A stretch of DNA of 64,000 nucleotides from Clostridia bacterium (GTDB lineage Bacteria > Bacillota > Clostridia > Christensenellales > UMGS416), in NCBI GenBank assembly GCA_016938675.1, contig JAFGUF010000012.1, positions 70,076 to 134,075 of the forward strand, in the 5' to 3' direction. The stretch's first letter is position 1, and the number at the start of each line of letters is the position of its first letter. The position numbers and the translations under genes were made by a program. This document shows, piece by piece, positions 9,851-20,167 of this stretch. The notes under the pieces were generated by a model, which was not told the DNA's origin, searched no databases, and saw nothing but the letters and a program-made list of their open reading frames with translations.

Positions 9851-9999
9851 TGTCGCCTCCGCATAAATTTGAAAATAACCATCAAGTCTCTCAGTTTTTA
9901 GTAAAATTCATAAGCTAGTTCGTATATATACTCTTGTACAGATTCTTCATTTCAATCTTGTTTTCCTTTGGTAGAACACCTTGCATTTTTTAATCCAAT

Positions 10000-10043
10000 G
10001 GGTTGTTAAGGACGCAGCCCTTAATTTCAGGGTGGTGGGCGGG
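10000..10043 (+). repeat. Family-B repeat in the kce leader
   Basis: GGGTTGTTAAGGAC-GCA-GCCCTTAA-TTTC-AGGGTGGTGGGCGGG. Confidence 0.7.
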
Positions 10044-10144
10044 ATTAGATTATCTGCCAATGCATATATTTTTCGTTCACTTCAAAGTTAAACACAGCTT
10101 TGTAAAAATCCTACTGCATAGTGATTGCTTTTTTAATATTAGGC

Positions 10145-10184
10145 AAATAAAAAAGCTATCTCAATTTAAACAATTGAAATAGCT
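10145..10184 (-). terminator. Riboswitch-controlled intrinsic terminator overlapping aptamer P1
   Basis: Minus strand AGCTATTTCAATT..AATTGAGATAGCT followed by TTTTTATTT. Confidence 0.8.
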
Positions 10185-10346
10185 CATTGCAATCAATAAA
10201 GCAACAGTCAGCCGAAGTTCCTTCAACTAACCAAGACACAGGCGCCGGCACAGCCTGTACTTTCGGCGGATAAAGCCTTATCTCACGGCATCAGCCTGTC
10301 GGAACCTTTGCATCCGTGAGGTACCCTCATATCCGCTCCTCTATTT
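10177..10346 (-). ncRNA. Lysine riboswitch (L-box)
   Basis: Minus strand AAATAGAGGAGCG..GGGTA..AAGG..GCCGAA..TTGG..GACTGT..GAGCTATTT. P1 is AAATAG/CTATTT. Located 5' of lysine catabolic genes. Confidence 0.85.
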
Positions 10347-10389
10347 ACTCAAAAAACGTATAATATTTTACTGGGTTTTCAACAGATTT

Positions 10390-10418
10390 ATATTATCATA
10401 ACGGATTTAGAATGTCAA
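10390..10418 (-). promoter_or_regulatory. Sigma-A promoter of riboswitch/lysine operon
   Basis: TTGACA-17 bp-TAATAT with a TGn extended -10. Confidence 0.65.
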
Positions 10419-10625
10419 TTAATTTGCTTCTATGCCGTAAAATAATAAGGCAGTATAGGTAAAATAGTTAATATAAATAGTGCATTCTGTTTATATTATA
10501 TATGTAATTAAGTTAGTGTTTCAGTGAAATGGGCTTCATTCTCTGCAAATTGGCTGCCTTTCTATCATAGTCATGATAATTTCTGAAGCGGGAAGAAAAA
10601 CTATTGATGATTATATAGACAGACC

Positions 10626-10655
10626 AAAAAAGGAAAGCCCTAAAGCTTTCCTTTT
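10626..10655. terminator. Intrinsic terminator (bidirectional-looking)
   Basis: AAAAAAGGAAAGC-CCTAAA-GCTTTCCTTTTT. Confidence 0.7.
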
Positions 10656-10683
10656 TAAATCTTCTTCACAAATCTCCCGCTCA

Positions 10684-11151
10684 CTATTCAACCACTTCAT
10701 TCGGGTTGCTCGTGCCTTCGGGGGATACAGCGCGCTGCGCCCAGTCAAATGAATGATACCCCTGTATGCTGTAATACTGCTCTTTATTCTTGTACTTATA
10801 TATTACGAAGACGGCATCATCCATAGATTCGTCTACTGCAATTATGTATTCCGCACCGTCCGAAAATGTGAGGTAAATGGCCTCATCTTTGTTGTATTCA
10901 GGCTCTTTGAATAGACGCCTCTTTTCGTAAACATTAACAACCTTGGATATTCTCGATACGTTTCCACCCAATATGCGGGTCGTCATTCCGTTATATTCGC
11001 ATATCAGTTCGCCGCCGTCTTGAAGGCGCAGATTATGAAACAGCAGATCTTTATCATACTGCACTTTACTATAATTTAAATATATTGCGAATACCGCAGT
11101 CACCAGAAATATTCCCAGTATTGTTAAGACAGGAATTAAAAATTTTTTCAT
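10684..11151 (-). CDS. Hypothetical membrane-anchored/exported protein
   Basis: 155 aa ORF with an N-terminal hydrophobic helix, an RBS and its own terminator. Confidence 0.7.
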   Translation of the reverse strand: MKKFLIPVLTILGIFLVTAVFAIYLNYSKVQYDKDLLFHNLRLQDGGELICEYNGMTTRILGGNVSRISKVVNVYEKRRLFKEPEYNKDEAIYLTFSDGAEYIIAVDESMDDAVFVIYKYKNKEQYYSIQGYHSFDWAQRAVSPEGTSNPNEVVE

Positions 11152-11289
11152 ACATTTACCCCTTCATATGGAATATCATATAATGCTTTCAAAGTCAAGC
11201 CTCTGCGCCTGAATGCATCATAATAATGTTTTCAGCATACAAATAGCCTTGCTTCTATTAATCATAAAAACAAGGCTTTGCATAAAAAC

Positions 11290-11571
11290 TTATTTAAGCC
11301 AGACTTTTGTCAGAAACAGCAGAAACAGAAATGCAGCCCCAATGAATATTGATCCCAAAAGCAGAGCAGCCAATATTGCATTTGCTATCACCTGCCTGGT
11401 TTCTTTTTTGGTCAGCTCAGGCTCAACCTCATGCGCAGGTTTCTCAGCCGATGGTACTGCCTTCTTTTTTCTTGGAATTCCTCCATGCATACGCAGGCCG
11501 TACCATGACTTGTCAATACTGCTCATGTCAGCTACTTGTCTGCCGTCATCTTCAAAATCCTTTTTTTTCAT
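11290..11571 (-). CDS. Small membrane protein (DDGR..ADM N-terminus, C-terminal TM)
   Basis: 93 aa, starts 11 nt after the oppF stop. Hairpin at about 11244-11278 downstream. Confidence 0.7.
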   Translation of the reverse strand: MKKKDFEDDGRQVADMSSIDKSWYGLRMHGGIPRKKKAVPSAEKPAHEVEPELTKKETRQVIANAILAALLLGSIFIGAAFLFLLFLTKVWLK

Positions 11572-11582
11572 AATAATCTATT

Positions 11583-12650
11583 CTATTTGTCGTTATATAA
11601 ATGGCACACAACCTGATGGCCCGGCTCAATTTCCTTCTGCTTCGGCACTTCCACTTTGCATATTTCCATGCACTCTGAACAGCGTGTGTGGAATTTGCAT
11701 CCCTTAGGCGGATTAGCCGGAGAAGGAATGCTTCCTTCTAGCAGTATGCGGTTTACCTGCTTTGTCGGGTCTGGTATTGGTATAGCAGAAAACAGTGCCT
11801 TTGTGTAGGGGTGCAGCGGATTTCTAAAAATATCCTTCTTTGATCCGAACTCCACCAAATCGCCCAAATACATAACACCAATAGTATCTGATATATGCTC
11901 AACAACTGATAGGTCATGTGATATAAACAGATATGTCAGGTTATACTTATCCTGCAGGTCCATCAAAAGATTTATAATCTGTGCCTGAATAGAAACGTCC
12001 AATGCGGATACAGGCTCGTCACATACAACGAACTCGGGGTTCAAAGCCAGCGCTCTGGCTATGCATATTCTCTGCCTTTGCCCGCCGGAAAATTCATGAG
12101 GATAGCGCTGCTTGTGGTATGGCTGAAGACCGCAGTTTTCCATTATTTCATCTAGGTACTCTGTGTATCTCTCCTCCGGCACTATTCCGTGTTCACGCAC
12201 GGCTTCACCAATTATTTCGCCAATAGGAAGGCGTGGTGAAAGGCTGGAATATGGATCCTGGAATATGATCTGCATCTTCGGGCGCATTTTCTGCAGCTCT
12301 TCTTTGTTCAGGTCGTATACTTCCTGTCCGTTAAAGAGCACCTGGCCTGCTGATTTCTCAGAAAGCCTTAGTATTGTCCTTCCGACTGTGGTTTTTCCGC
12401 ATCCGGATTCGCCAACAAGGCCCATTGTTGTGCCGCGCTCAATTTTGAAGCTTATGCCGTCCACCGCACGAACGTAGCCAACTATTCTTTGAAGAACGCC
12501 GTCTTTGATTTCAAAGTACCTTTTTAACTCATTAACTTCAAGAATATATTTATCTTCGTGTACTAAAGGCTCGTAATTGTTGTCTATCGTCAGCCTTTTT
12601 TTACGCTCTTCTCTTGTTTCAGTATTTGCATTTTTTAATTTATTTGCCAT
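11583..12650 (-). CDS. oppF: Oligopeptide ABC transporter ATP-binding protein
   Basis: GESGCGKT, FSGGQRQR, DEPVSALD, and a C-terminal GC.FH.RC..C..C oligo_HPY region. Confidence 0.9.
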   Translation of the reverse strand: MANKLKNANTETREERKKRLTIDNNYEPLVHEDKYILEVNELKRYFEIKDGVLQRIVGYVRAVDGISFKIERGTTMGLVGESGCGKTTVGRTILRLSEKSAGQVLFNGQEVYDLNKEELQKMRPKMQIIFQDPYSSLSPRLPIGEIIGEAVREHGIVPEERYTEYLDEIMENCGLQPYHKQRYPHEFSGGQRQRICIARALALNPEFVVCDEPVSALDVSIQAQIINLLMDLQDKYNLTYLFISHDLSVVEHISDTIGVMYLGDLVEFGSKKDIFRNPLHPYTKALFSAIPIPDPTKQVNRILLEGSIPSPANPPKGCKFHTRCSECMEICKVEVPKQKEIEPGHQVVCHLYNDK

Positions 12651-13853
12651 TTACTTTTCCTCTTCATAAAGATAACATGCCACAGAGTGAGTCGGGCTCA
12701 ATTGTATGTGGCCGGGATAAGCTCCATTGCATTTATCAATACTTTTTTCACAACGGTCTTTAAAATAACAATAATTCGGCATATCAATAGGATTAGGCAC
12801 CTTGCCCGGAATGCTGTAGAGCCTGCTTACGTTCTTGTGCACGCCCGGCCTTGAGGCCATCAGTCCAATTGTATATGGGTGTGCCGGCTCTCCGAACACC
12901 TCATAAACTGTGCCTCTTTCCACAACACGCCCTGCGTACATAACTACTACATAGTCTGCCATACCGGCTATTACGCCCAAGTCATGGGTAATCAGCATGA
13001 TGCTTGAATTTATCTTGTCCTTGAGCTCATGCAGAATATCAAGTATCTGGGCCTGTATTGTAACATCCAAAGCTGTTGTAGGCTCATCCGCAATAATCAG
13101 GCTGGGGTTGCACGCCAATGCCATAGCTATCATTACGCGCTGCCTCATTCCGCCTGAGAGCTCGTGTGGATACATCTTGTATACGCCTTCGCTGTTTGCG
13201 ATGCCAACCAGATCGAGCATTTTTATTGTATGCTCTTTTATCCTTTCTCTCTCATCTACTGTGAATTTGCTTACTTTTCCGGTTTTCTTAGCATCTGTTG
13301 TGAAGTCACCGAATAGCTCGCTGCTGTGCAGCGCAATAACCTCGTCTACCTGAGCACCGATTCTGAAAACCGGGTTGAGGCTGGTCATTGGCTCCTGGAA
13401 TATCATCGATATCTGGTTTCCACGGATATTATACATTTCACTGATCGGAGTCTTTGCGATATCGTATACTTTTTCTCCGGTGTTGAATCTAATTGCGCCT
13501 TCTGTTATCTGTCCCTGTGGCCTTTGTACCAATTTCATCAGTGAAAGGCTGGTAACTGATTTTCCGCATCCGGACTCGCCGACTATACCTACTGTTTTTC
13601 CCTGAGGTACTTCAAATGTAACGCCGTCAACTGCCTTTACTACGCCGATATCAGTGTAGAAATATGTATGCAGATTATCAAATTCAACTACATTTTTAGG
13701 ATCCTTCATAGTAGTTAAGTATTCAGCTTCAGGAACATTCTTCCTGTTGTTTTCACGCTCAAACTTTCTTGTTATCCTGCGGTTTTCTCTGGAAATCTTC
13801 TGAACTTCCTTAGCAGAAAGGTAGTTTGAGTTATTTTTCTTTTTCTCTTTCAT
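12651..13853 (-). CDS. oppD: Oligopeptide ABC transporter ATP-binding protein
   Basis: GESGCGKS, FQEPMTSLNP, LSGGMRQR, HPYT..L. Confidence 0.9.
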   Translation of the reverse strand: MKEKKKNNSNYLSAKEVQKISRENRRITRKFERENNRKNVPEAEYLTTMKDPKNVVEFDNLHTYFYTDIGVVKAVDGVTFEVPQGKTVGIVGESGCGKSVTSLSLMKLVQRPQGQITEGAIRFNTGEKVYDIAKTPISEMYNIRGNQISMIFQEPMTSLNPVFRIGAQVDEVIALHSSELFGDFTTDAKKTGKVSKFTVDERERIKEHTIKMLDLVGIANSEGVYKMYPHELSGGMRQRVMIAMALACNPSLIIADEPTTALDVTIQAQILDILHELKDKINSSIMLITHDLGVIAGMADYVVVMYAGRVVERGTVYEVFGEPAHPYTIGLMASRPGVHKNVSRLYSIPGKVPNPIDMPNYCYFKDRCEKSIDKCNGAYPGHIQLSPTHSVACYLYEEEK

Positions 13854-13864
13854 AATAATTCCTC

Positions 13865-15634
13865 CTACCTTTTCATCTTCGGGTCAAATGCGTCGCGCAG
13901 GCCGTCACCAATAAAGTTGAAGCCAAGAACTGTAATAAGTATGCAGAAACCTGCTGGTATCCATACAAACAGATAATTTGTCATTACATATACATTGCTG
14001 ACAGCATTTATTATGTTACCCCACGAAGCAAAGGGGAATTTAACACCAAGTCCTAAGAAGCTGATAACCGACTCTGTCAGAATAACTCCGCCCAAACTTA
14101 GTGTTGATATTACGATAAGCTGGGGCATTACATTCGGGACAAGGTGCTTGAATATACGCTTGCTCACGGATATTCCTGTGGCTTCCGCTGCAATCATAAA
14201 TTCCTGCTCACGCAGAGACAATATCTGTCCCCTTACGAGCCTTGCTATTCCCGGCCAGCCCAGCACGCCGAGAATGATCATCAGGTACATCATGCGCACC
14301 ATTGGGTCAACTCTCTGTGCGTCCATCATTGCGCCCAGTATAATCAGCAAAGGCAGTGAAGGAATACTATTGAAAATATCAACAATACGCATTATAAGGT
14401 TATCTACGAACTTGCCGAAATACCCTGCGATGCCGCCTAGTACAACTCCTATAAATGTCTCAATTATAACAACTATAAAGCCGATAATCAGCGAAATACG
14501 TCCGCCGTACATAAGACGAGTCAATACGTCCATTCCGTTACCGTCTGTTCCCAGCGGATGCACGCTGTCCGGGAATGAAAAAGTATCGAGAACTCGTGTT
14601 TCCTCAATCCATTTCATTGACCACACATCATTGCTTCTGTGCAGCGTATACGTGCCTAATTTTCCGTCTATATGGTCATATGTGAATTCTTCAACGCCTG
14701 CTTCAACCAGCTCGATTACCTTGGTCTTAAATTCCAGAGTAAAGAAAACATCAGCATAAATAGGCTGAACCAAATACCTTGATGCGTTAGCATATTCTAT
14801 CAGTTCATCTCCCTTTACCTCTGATATTATCGCCCTGTCGTTTTCAACAGTCATCTGATATTTAACGCCGCCCGATGTGAACTCCTGAACGGCTGCGCCG
14901 CCGGATGCAATCTCTGCAAATGCAATCTCTGACTTCATGCAGAAATCGAGATTGTTACTTGTTTCAGGTGAAGCATAGTCATATATGTTCTTAAGCGCCA
15001 AGGCTACAGGCTGCAGAACTCCTGCAGTGTAGTTTTTTCTTTCCTGGCTTACGACATACTCGTTTCCTCCGAATTCAAAGAAGGCTGCGCCTTCGCTGAT
15101 CGCATCGGAAAAAGCAGCGCTGAAATCAGCGTTTAGAGTGCTGTCTTCTAATTCAATCGCATAATTTCCGCCAAGCGCAGTAGCTGAGGCTACCTGCTGC
15201 AGTCCGTATATCAGGTGAACATCCTCAGCCAGTTTTTTCTGGCTATAGGCAATGTCCAGAGAAGAGAATACTTCATCTTCCTTATTCGCGGCCTGCACAA
15301 ACTGTGCCTGCGCAGAAAGCGGGAAGTCATAGCCCTCATCGATTACGAACTTGTAGTCCTTGTTTATGGAAATACCGGCATAGTCCTTTGACATTTCAAC
15401 TTCTTTTTTGAATGTTTCGCTTTCTCTGTAGGGCATCAGCCAACCGCCTACAAATGAGAAAATAAACATTGCCACAATGAAAATTGAGCCGGTTATCGCA
15501 AGCTTATTTCTTATAAACCTCTTAAATACCAGCATGCCCGGAGAAAGGACCTTTATGCGTTGCTCATCGTCCAAGGCCATCTGCGGATTATTATTTTTCT
15601 CTTGGGTATCTTTATTTTTTAAATCATTATTCAT
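13865..15634 (-). CDS. oppC: Oligopeptide ABC permease with large extracytoplasmic insert
   Basis: KRF.RNKLA N-terminus, HPLGTD..G.D..RLMYGGRISL, EAA loop, GDGLRDAFDPK. About 280 aa soluble insert. Confidence 0.88.
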   Translation of the reverse strand: MNNDLKNKDTQEKNNNPQMALDDEQRIKVLSPGMLVFKRFIRNKLAITGSIFIVAMFIFSFVGGWLMPYRESETFKKEVEMSKDYAGISINKDYKFVIDEGYDFPLSAQAQFVQAANKEDEVFSSLDIAYSQKKLAEDVHLIYGLQQVASATALGGNYAIELEDSTLNADFSAAFSDAISEGAAFFEFGGNEYVVSQERKNYTAGVLQPVALALKNIYDYASPETSNNLDFCMKSEIAFAEIASGGAAVQEFTSGGVKYQMTVENDRAIISEVKGDELIEYANASRYLVQPIYADVFFTLEFKTKVIELVEAGVEEFTYDHIDGKLGTYTLHRSNDVWSMKWIEETRVLDTFSFPDSVHPLGTDGNGMDVLTRLMYGGRISLIIGFIVVIIETFIGVVLGGIAGYFGKFVDNLIMRIVDIFNSIPSLPLLIILGAMMDAQRVDPMVRMMYLMIILGVLGWPGIARLVRGQILSLREQEFMIAAEATGISVSKRIFKHLVPNVMPQLIVISTLSLGGVILTESVISFLGLGVKFPFASWGNIINAVSNVYVMTNYLFVWIPAGFCILITVLGFNFIGDGLRDAFDPKMKR

Positions 15635-15650
15635 GGTTTTATTATCATCC

Positions 15651-16637
15651 TTAGTTTACTCTAACCCGCGGGTCAACAACGGCGTATAATATATCAGCAA
15701 TCAATGTTCCAAGCAATGTCAGTGCAGCAAGGAACAATAAGTAGAACATTGAGAATGGTATGTCGCCGTTAACCATGGCGTCATACGATGTCTTACCTAT
15801 TCCAGTGATTCCGAAAAGTGTTTCAGTAATAAGTGCTCCCGCGAACAATCCGGGGATACTTCCGCCGATAATTGTTACAATAGGTATTAATGTGTTTCTG
15901 AACGCGTGGTAATTTATGACCCTTTTCTCGCTTAAGCCTTTTGCCCTGGCTGTGCGGATATAATCAGAGTTTAATACTTCAAGCATATTTGTGCGGGTAT
16001 ATCTCATTAGTCCGCCGATGCTTATTATAACAAGGGCAAATACAGGCAGTACATAATGCTTACCTATATCAAGCAGCTGCCCCCATCTGCTAAGCTGGTC
16101 GAAATACCGCCCAACTGTGCCGTTTAAATCGAACCATCCAAGCTGAATTGAAAATACCAGTTTGAGAATTGTAGCAAAGAAAAAAACCGGCAGTGAAATT
16201 CCTACAAGCGCTATTACTGTAACAGCATAGTCTACTGTGCTGTACTGCTTTCTTGCTGCTAATATTCCCAGCGGAATAGCAATTACGAGTTCTAACGCAA
16301 AAGCTACTGATCCTAAAGCAAATGAAAACCAAACTGTTTCCTTAAACTTTTCAGTTACAGGTATATTATAATACCAACTGTCGCCAAATTGGCCCCTTAC
16401 AGCTCTACCTATCCAACTGAAAAATCCCTTAACGACTCCGCTGTCCAGTCCGTAAATGCTGTTTAATTGTGCTAGCCATTCTGTATAGCTTTTTGAGCCG
16501 GGCAGGTTCGCCCTTTCTCTGGCTACTGCCTCTACATATGATGTGGGCATGCTTCTCATAAGTGCATAAATTACGAAAGCCACAAGAAAAAGTATGCCTA
16601 CACTTAAAAATAATCTTTTAATAATATAAGTACGCAA
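15651..16637 (-). CDS. oppB: Oligopeptide ABC permease
   Basis: YIIKRL, G.FGDS, DYIRTARAKGLSE..V..HAFRN, DILYAVVDPRV. Confidence 0.9.
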   Translation of the reverse strand: MRTYIIKRLFLSVGILFLVAFVIYALMRSMPTSYVEAVARERANLPGSKSYTEWLAQLNSIYGLDSGVVKGFFSWIGRAVRGQFGDSWYYNIPVTEKFKETVWFSFALGSVAFALELVIAIPLGILAARKQYSTVDYAVTVIALVGISLPVFFFATILKLVFSIQLGWFDLNGTVGRYFDQLSRWGQLLDIGKHYVLPVFALVIISIGGLMRYTRTNMLEVLNSDYIRTARAKGLSEKRVINYHAFRNTLIPIVTIIGGSIPGLFAGALITETLFGITGIGKTSYDAMVNGDIPFSMFYLLFLAALTLLGTLIADILYAVVDPRVRVN

Positions 16638-16699
16638 TGTAACATCCCATCCTCATCACGCGGATACGCTCCGCATATTTTAAATTAAGAAAAATATAT

Positions 16700-16735
16700 A
16701 AAATTGAGTCCACCATACAAGATGGACTCAATTAT
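16700..16735. other. Stem-loop between oppA and oppB (mRNA stabiliser/attenuator)
   Basis: AATTGAGTCCA..TGGACTCAATT inverted repeat. Confidence 0.55.
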
Positions 16736-16776
16736 ATGGTTAATCTTAGTTAATCATTATCAATTTAGCTGATAAC

Positions 16777-19242
16777 TTAGTTCATTTCTAACAACTCAGT
16801 GTCGTTTGCCCATCCCCAGAATGTTGTAATGTCAGGAGTTACTGTATCCATATTTACACGCTCTGTTGAGAAGATGATGCAGTTCTGTCTCTGATAGATT
16901 GGAACTTCAACAGCCCAGTCAATTATGATATCCAAGCATGCTTTGTATGTTGCTTTTCTGAATGCCTGGTCATCGCTTGTTCTGGCCTCGAGGATTAATC
17001 TATCGAGTTCAGCGTCCTGGATGTGGTAGTGGTTAGATTCTGAAGAACCTTCATTACCAACGATGTTGTTTGAATAGTATATCTGATACATATCTGGGTC
17101 AATGGTTGCTCCCCATGCAGCAGCCCACATTTCCTGTGTATTAGCATCAAGCTTATCCCACAATACGTTTGTATCAGCCGGATCATTGATTATGATTGTC
17201 ATGCCAACCTTAGCCAATTCTTCCTTGAGTGTTGTTGCCAGTGCGAATGACGGGTGGTCACCAGCGCCGTCGCCTGGGATGATGATTTCGTATTCTAATT
17301 TTGCGCCTTCTGGAGCAGCTGTCAGCATACCTGTTGCTTCATCATATGTGTAGCCTGCTGCAACGAAGTAATCAAGCGCTGCTGCCATAGCTGCTGCATA
17401 CTTAGCATCGTTATCCATATCTGATGTATAGATGTCACTTCCGTCAAGAGCTGTTGAGAATGCTACTTTATAGCCTTCGTCACTAACCTGTGGTGCTGCC
17501 CATGAAGTGTTAGATATCGGATAGTTGATTATGGATGCTCTCTCGCCGTAATATGAGTCAATTGAGAGGTACCTGTATTGTGCAATCAATGTAGCAAGAG
17601 CTTTACGCAGATTCTTTGATGCTTCTGAGCTTGGGTCTCCGCCAACATTAACTGTAGCAGCGTTGATACCAATATAGCCGTAGCCAAGGTTGTCAACTGT
17701 GCTTGTTGTTATAACGTCACCTGTGATTTCGCCATTTGAGTTGTAGCTAGCAATTTCTGCTACTTCGTCTGTGCCGAATGAAGGATCTGTGATATCAAAT
17801 GTTCCTGATGCAACACCTGGGATCTTGTCCGCGTCTGATGTTACCTTGAACTGCATGTATTTTGTCTTAGGTTCGCCTTTGAAGTAATATTCATTAGCTT
17901 CAAAGTATACAACCTTGTTTTCGAACTTAATGAACTTATATGGGCCGGCTCCCATTGGCATTGTTGTCTTAGCCTGAATTCCGCTCATGTCGCCGAAGTC
18001 GAAACCGAACATATTGTTTTCATAGTCATATTTTGCTGTATCGCCGTAGTAATGAAGTGGTGATACCTGGATGCCGAGTTTGTAAACAGCAGATGCGTCA
18101 AAACCGTTAACTGTTACTTCAACAACTGTATCGCTTACCTTCTTAATACCTGCAATGTTAGGAATTCCGTCTTCTCCAAGTGATGGGTCTTTCGGGCCTT
18201 CCTGTCTGATGAACTTGTCTCTTAATACATCAGCAGCATTTTCGCCTGGTGATTCAACGCCTGCATAAGCAACAACGTCGCCTTCATAGGCTACATATGT
18301 TTCATTGTAATAGTCGTCAAGTGTTGGGAAGTCGTCGCCTTCTAATGTCCAGTTTGTGCCTGTTACATATGAAGTGAATGTTCCGTCTTCGCCTACTTCG
18401 CCGAAGCCCCAGAGTGCCATACCGGCAACAACTTTAACTCCGTCAGATGCAGCTACGTCTTCTTCTGTGAATCCTGTGTAAGCTTCAACATAGCCAAGAT
18501 AGTCTGTTATGCATACATTTACGATGTCAGCAACGTCCTTCTTCCATACTTCTTCCTGAAGTGCGAAGAATGCGTCTTTCTGATCCTGTGTAAATGAATC
18601 TGCTTCTGTTGGAACATAGTCTATTCCAGCAGCATAGATATCATCAAACATAGCATCATATTTCGCAAATACGTCATCTGATGTCTGTGTACGATAGTTG
18701 CTCATTCCAACGATTGGAACTGAATAAAGTGTTGATGAGCCAGCGTATGCAGGATCTGAATATACATAATATGAGAATATTACGTCATCAGCAGTCATCA
18801 TTTCGCCATCGCTGAACTTTACGTCATCCCTTAATGTCCATGTATAAACAGTCTGGTCCTTAGCTTCATCGTAGTTTACATCAAGATCAGCTATACCTGT
18901 ATACAGATAGTCAACTCCGTTGTAAGGAATTGTTTCGCCGTCAATCGCGTTGTAAACGATTGCGCCTGTTCTGTCTGTTGTGAGTAATGCCAGCTGAGTC
19001 ATTGCAACTACGTCAGCGTCGTATCCTGAATCACTGAAGAATGGGCTGAACTTCTCGCTGAATTCGAGGTAACCAACAACTAAAGGTGTTGTATTTTCAG
19101 GTTCTTCTGTTACATCAGGTGCTGCCGTTTCAGTTTCATTTACTTCTGTTGTCTTAGTATCTTTTGTGCATGATGCAAAGACGCCGAGAAGCATAATCAA
19201 AACCAAAACTAAAGCAAGTACTTTGAATGTTTTGTTTTTCAT
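16777..19242 (-). CDS. oppA: Peptide ABC transporter substrate-binding lipoprotein (family 5), 821 aa
   Basis: Lipobox FASC, LRDDVKFSDGE..TADDVIFS, PMGAGPYKF. First gene of the opp operon. Confidence 0.88.
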   Translation of the reverse strand: MKNKTFKVLALVLVLIMLLGVFASCTKDTKTTEVNETETAAPDVTEEPENTTPLVVGYLEFSEKFSPFFSDSGYDADVVAMTQLALLTTDRTGAIVYNAIDGETIPYNGVDYLYTGIADLDVNYDEAKDQTVYTWTLRDDVKFSDGEMMTADDVIFSYYVYSDPAYAGSSTLYSVPIVGMSNYRTQTSDDVFAKYDAMFDDIYAAGIDYVPTEADSFTQDQKDAFFALQEEVWKKDVADIVNVCITDYLGYVEAYTGFTEEDVAASDGVKVVAGMALWGFGEVGEDGTFTSYVTGTNWTLEGDDFPTLDDYYNETYVAYEGDVVAYAGVESPGENAADVLRDKFIRQEGPKDPSLGEDGIPNIAGIKKVSDTVVEVTVNGFDASAVYKLGIQVSPLHYYGDTAKYDYENNMFGFDFGDMSGIQAKTTMPMGAGPYKFIKFENKVVYFEANEYYFKGEPKTKYMQFKVTSDADKIPGVASGTFDITDPSFGTDEVAEIASYNSNGEITGDVITTSTVDNLGYGYIGINAATVNVGGDPSSEASKNLRKALATLIAQYRYLSIDSYYGERASIINYPISNTSWAAPQVSDEGYKVAFSTALDGSDIYTSDMDNDAKYAAAMAAALDYFVAAGYTYDEATGMLTAAPEGAKLEYEIIIPGDGAGDHPSFALATTLKEELAKVGMTIIINDPADTNVLWDKLDANTQEMWAAAWGATIDPDMYQIYYSNNIVGNEGSSESNHYHIQDAELDRLILEARTSDDQAFRKATYKACLDIIIDWAVEVPIYQRQNCIIFSTERVNMDTVTPDITTFWGWANDTELLEMN

Positions 19243-19688
19243 CTTTTCTACTCTCCTTTTAAGATTAGTGAATTAATTACAAAATCAACTCCATTTTGGC
19301 TTTTAAAAAAGCCACAAAAGTTATAAATAATTCCAAATTAGAACGTAATAATATGTGCATAGAACACACAAATATTCTTACACAATATCTTTTTATTGTC
19401 AATAAGATTTTGCATCGCTAAGCTAATTCACACAATCTGATATATTATTTTCGCTGCTTATGAATTTTTATCAAATTATATGATTATTATGCACTTTTTA
19501 GTGTATATTTTTCAATTTCCGACTTATTTTCTGGCAAAAAAATCTGCCCTTAGTTTTAATTTATATTATAGAACAAAGGAATTGTATTTTCAAGCTTTGA
19601 TTTCAAAGGTTTAAGCCCTTGAACATGCAGCAAAACTAACAAAATACACTTTTTTTATTTATGCAAAGAAAAATATTTTTTTTGCTCA

Positions 19689-19731
19689 TTGACTTATTCG
19701 TGTGTATGGTGTATTATACAACATAGTACAC
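19689..19731 (+). promoter_or_regulatory. Sigma-A promoter with overlapping YtrA-type operator
   Basis: TTGACT-17-TATTAT. Inverted repeat GTGTATTAT-N5-ATAGTACAC (19709-19731) covers the -10. Confidence 0.7.
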
Positions 19732-19761
19732 ACAGTATACCAAACGAAAGGAGATGGCAAA

Positions 19762-20136
19762 GTGCTGATTAATAAAAATTCCAGCGAACCCGTATACGCC
19801 CAGATCATCAACCAGTACAAAAGGCTGATAGCAACCAGTGCGCTTAAGCCGAATGACCAGCTGCCCTCAGTGAGAAACCTCTCATATGAGATGGGTATCA
19901 ATCCGAATACTCTGCAGAAAGCATTTTCACAGCTTGAAATAACAGGCATCTGCTATTCAGTGCCGGGAAAAGGCCGGTTTGTATCCGAGCAGGCTCTTGA
20001 TATTATCAGGGCCGACGCAGAAACCTACTTTGATAATCTTAGAAAGATAATCGCCGAATTGGCTATGTGCAGTATCGATTTAGAGCAAATTATTCTAAGA
20101 GCTAGGGAATACTACGGCGAAGCTATGAAAAAATGA
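19762..20136 (+). CDS. GntR family regulator, YtrA subfamily
   Basis: PVYAQI..LKPNDQLPSVR.L..INPNT.QKAF..LE..G..PGKGRFV. GTG start after AAAGGAG. Confidence 0.9.
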   Translation: MLINKNSSEPVYAQIINQYKRLIATSALKPNDQLPSVRNLSYEMGINPNTLQKAFSQLEITGICYSVPGKGRFVSEQALDIIRADAETYFDNLRKIIAELAMCSIDLEQIILRAREYYGEAMKK

Positions 20137-20167
20137 AAAATTCAAGTAGTCAGAAAGGAATTATAAA

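Noticed and set aside
9851-10144. Remnant of kal or a leader peptide upstream of kce
   Set aside because: Only very short ORFs with no hotdog-fold similarity; regulation is already explained by the riboswitch.
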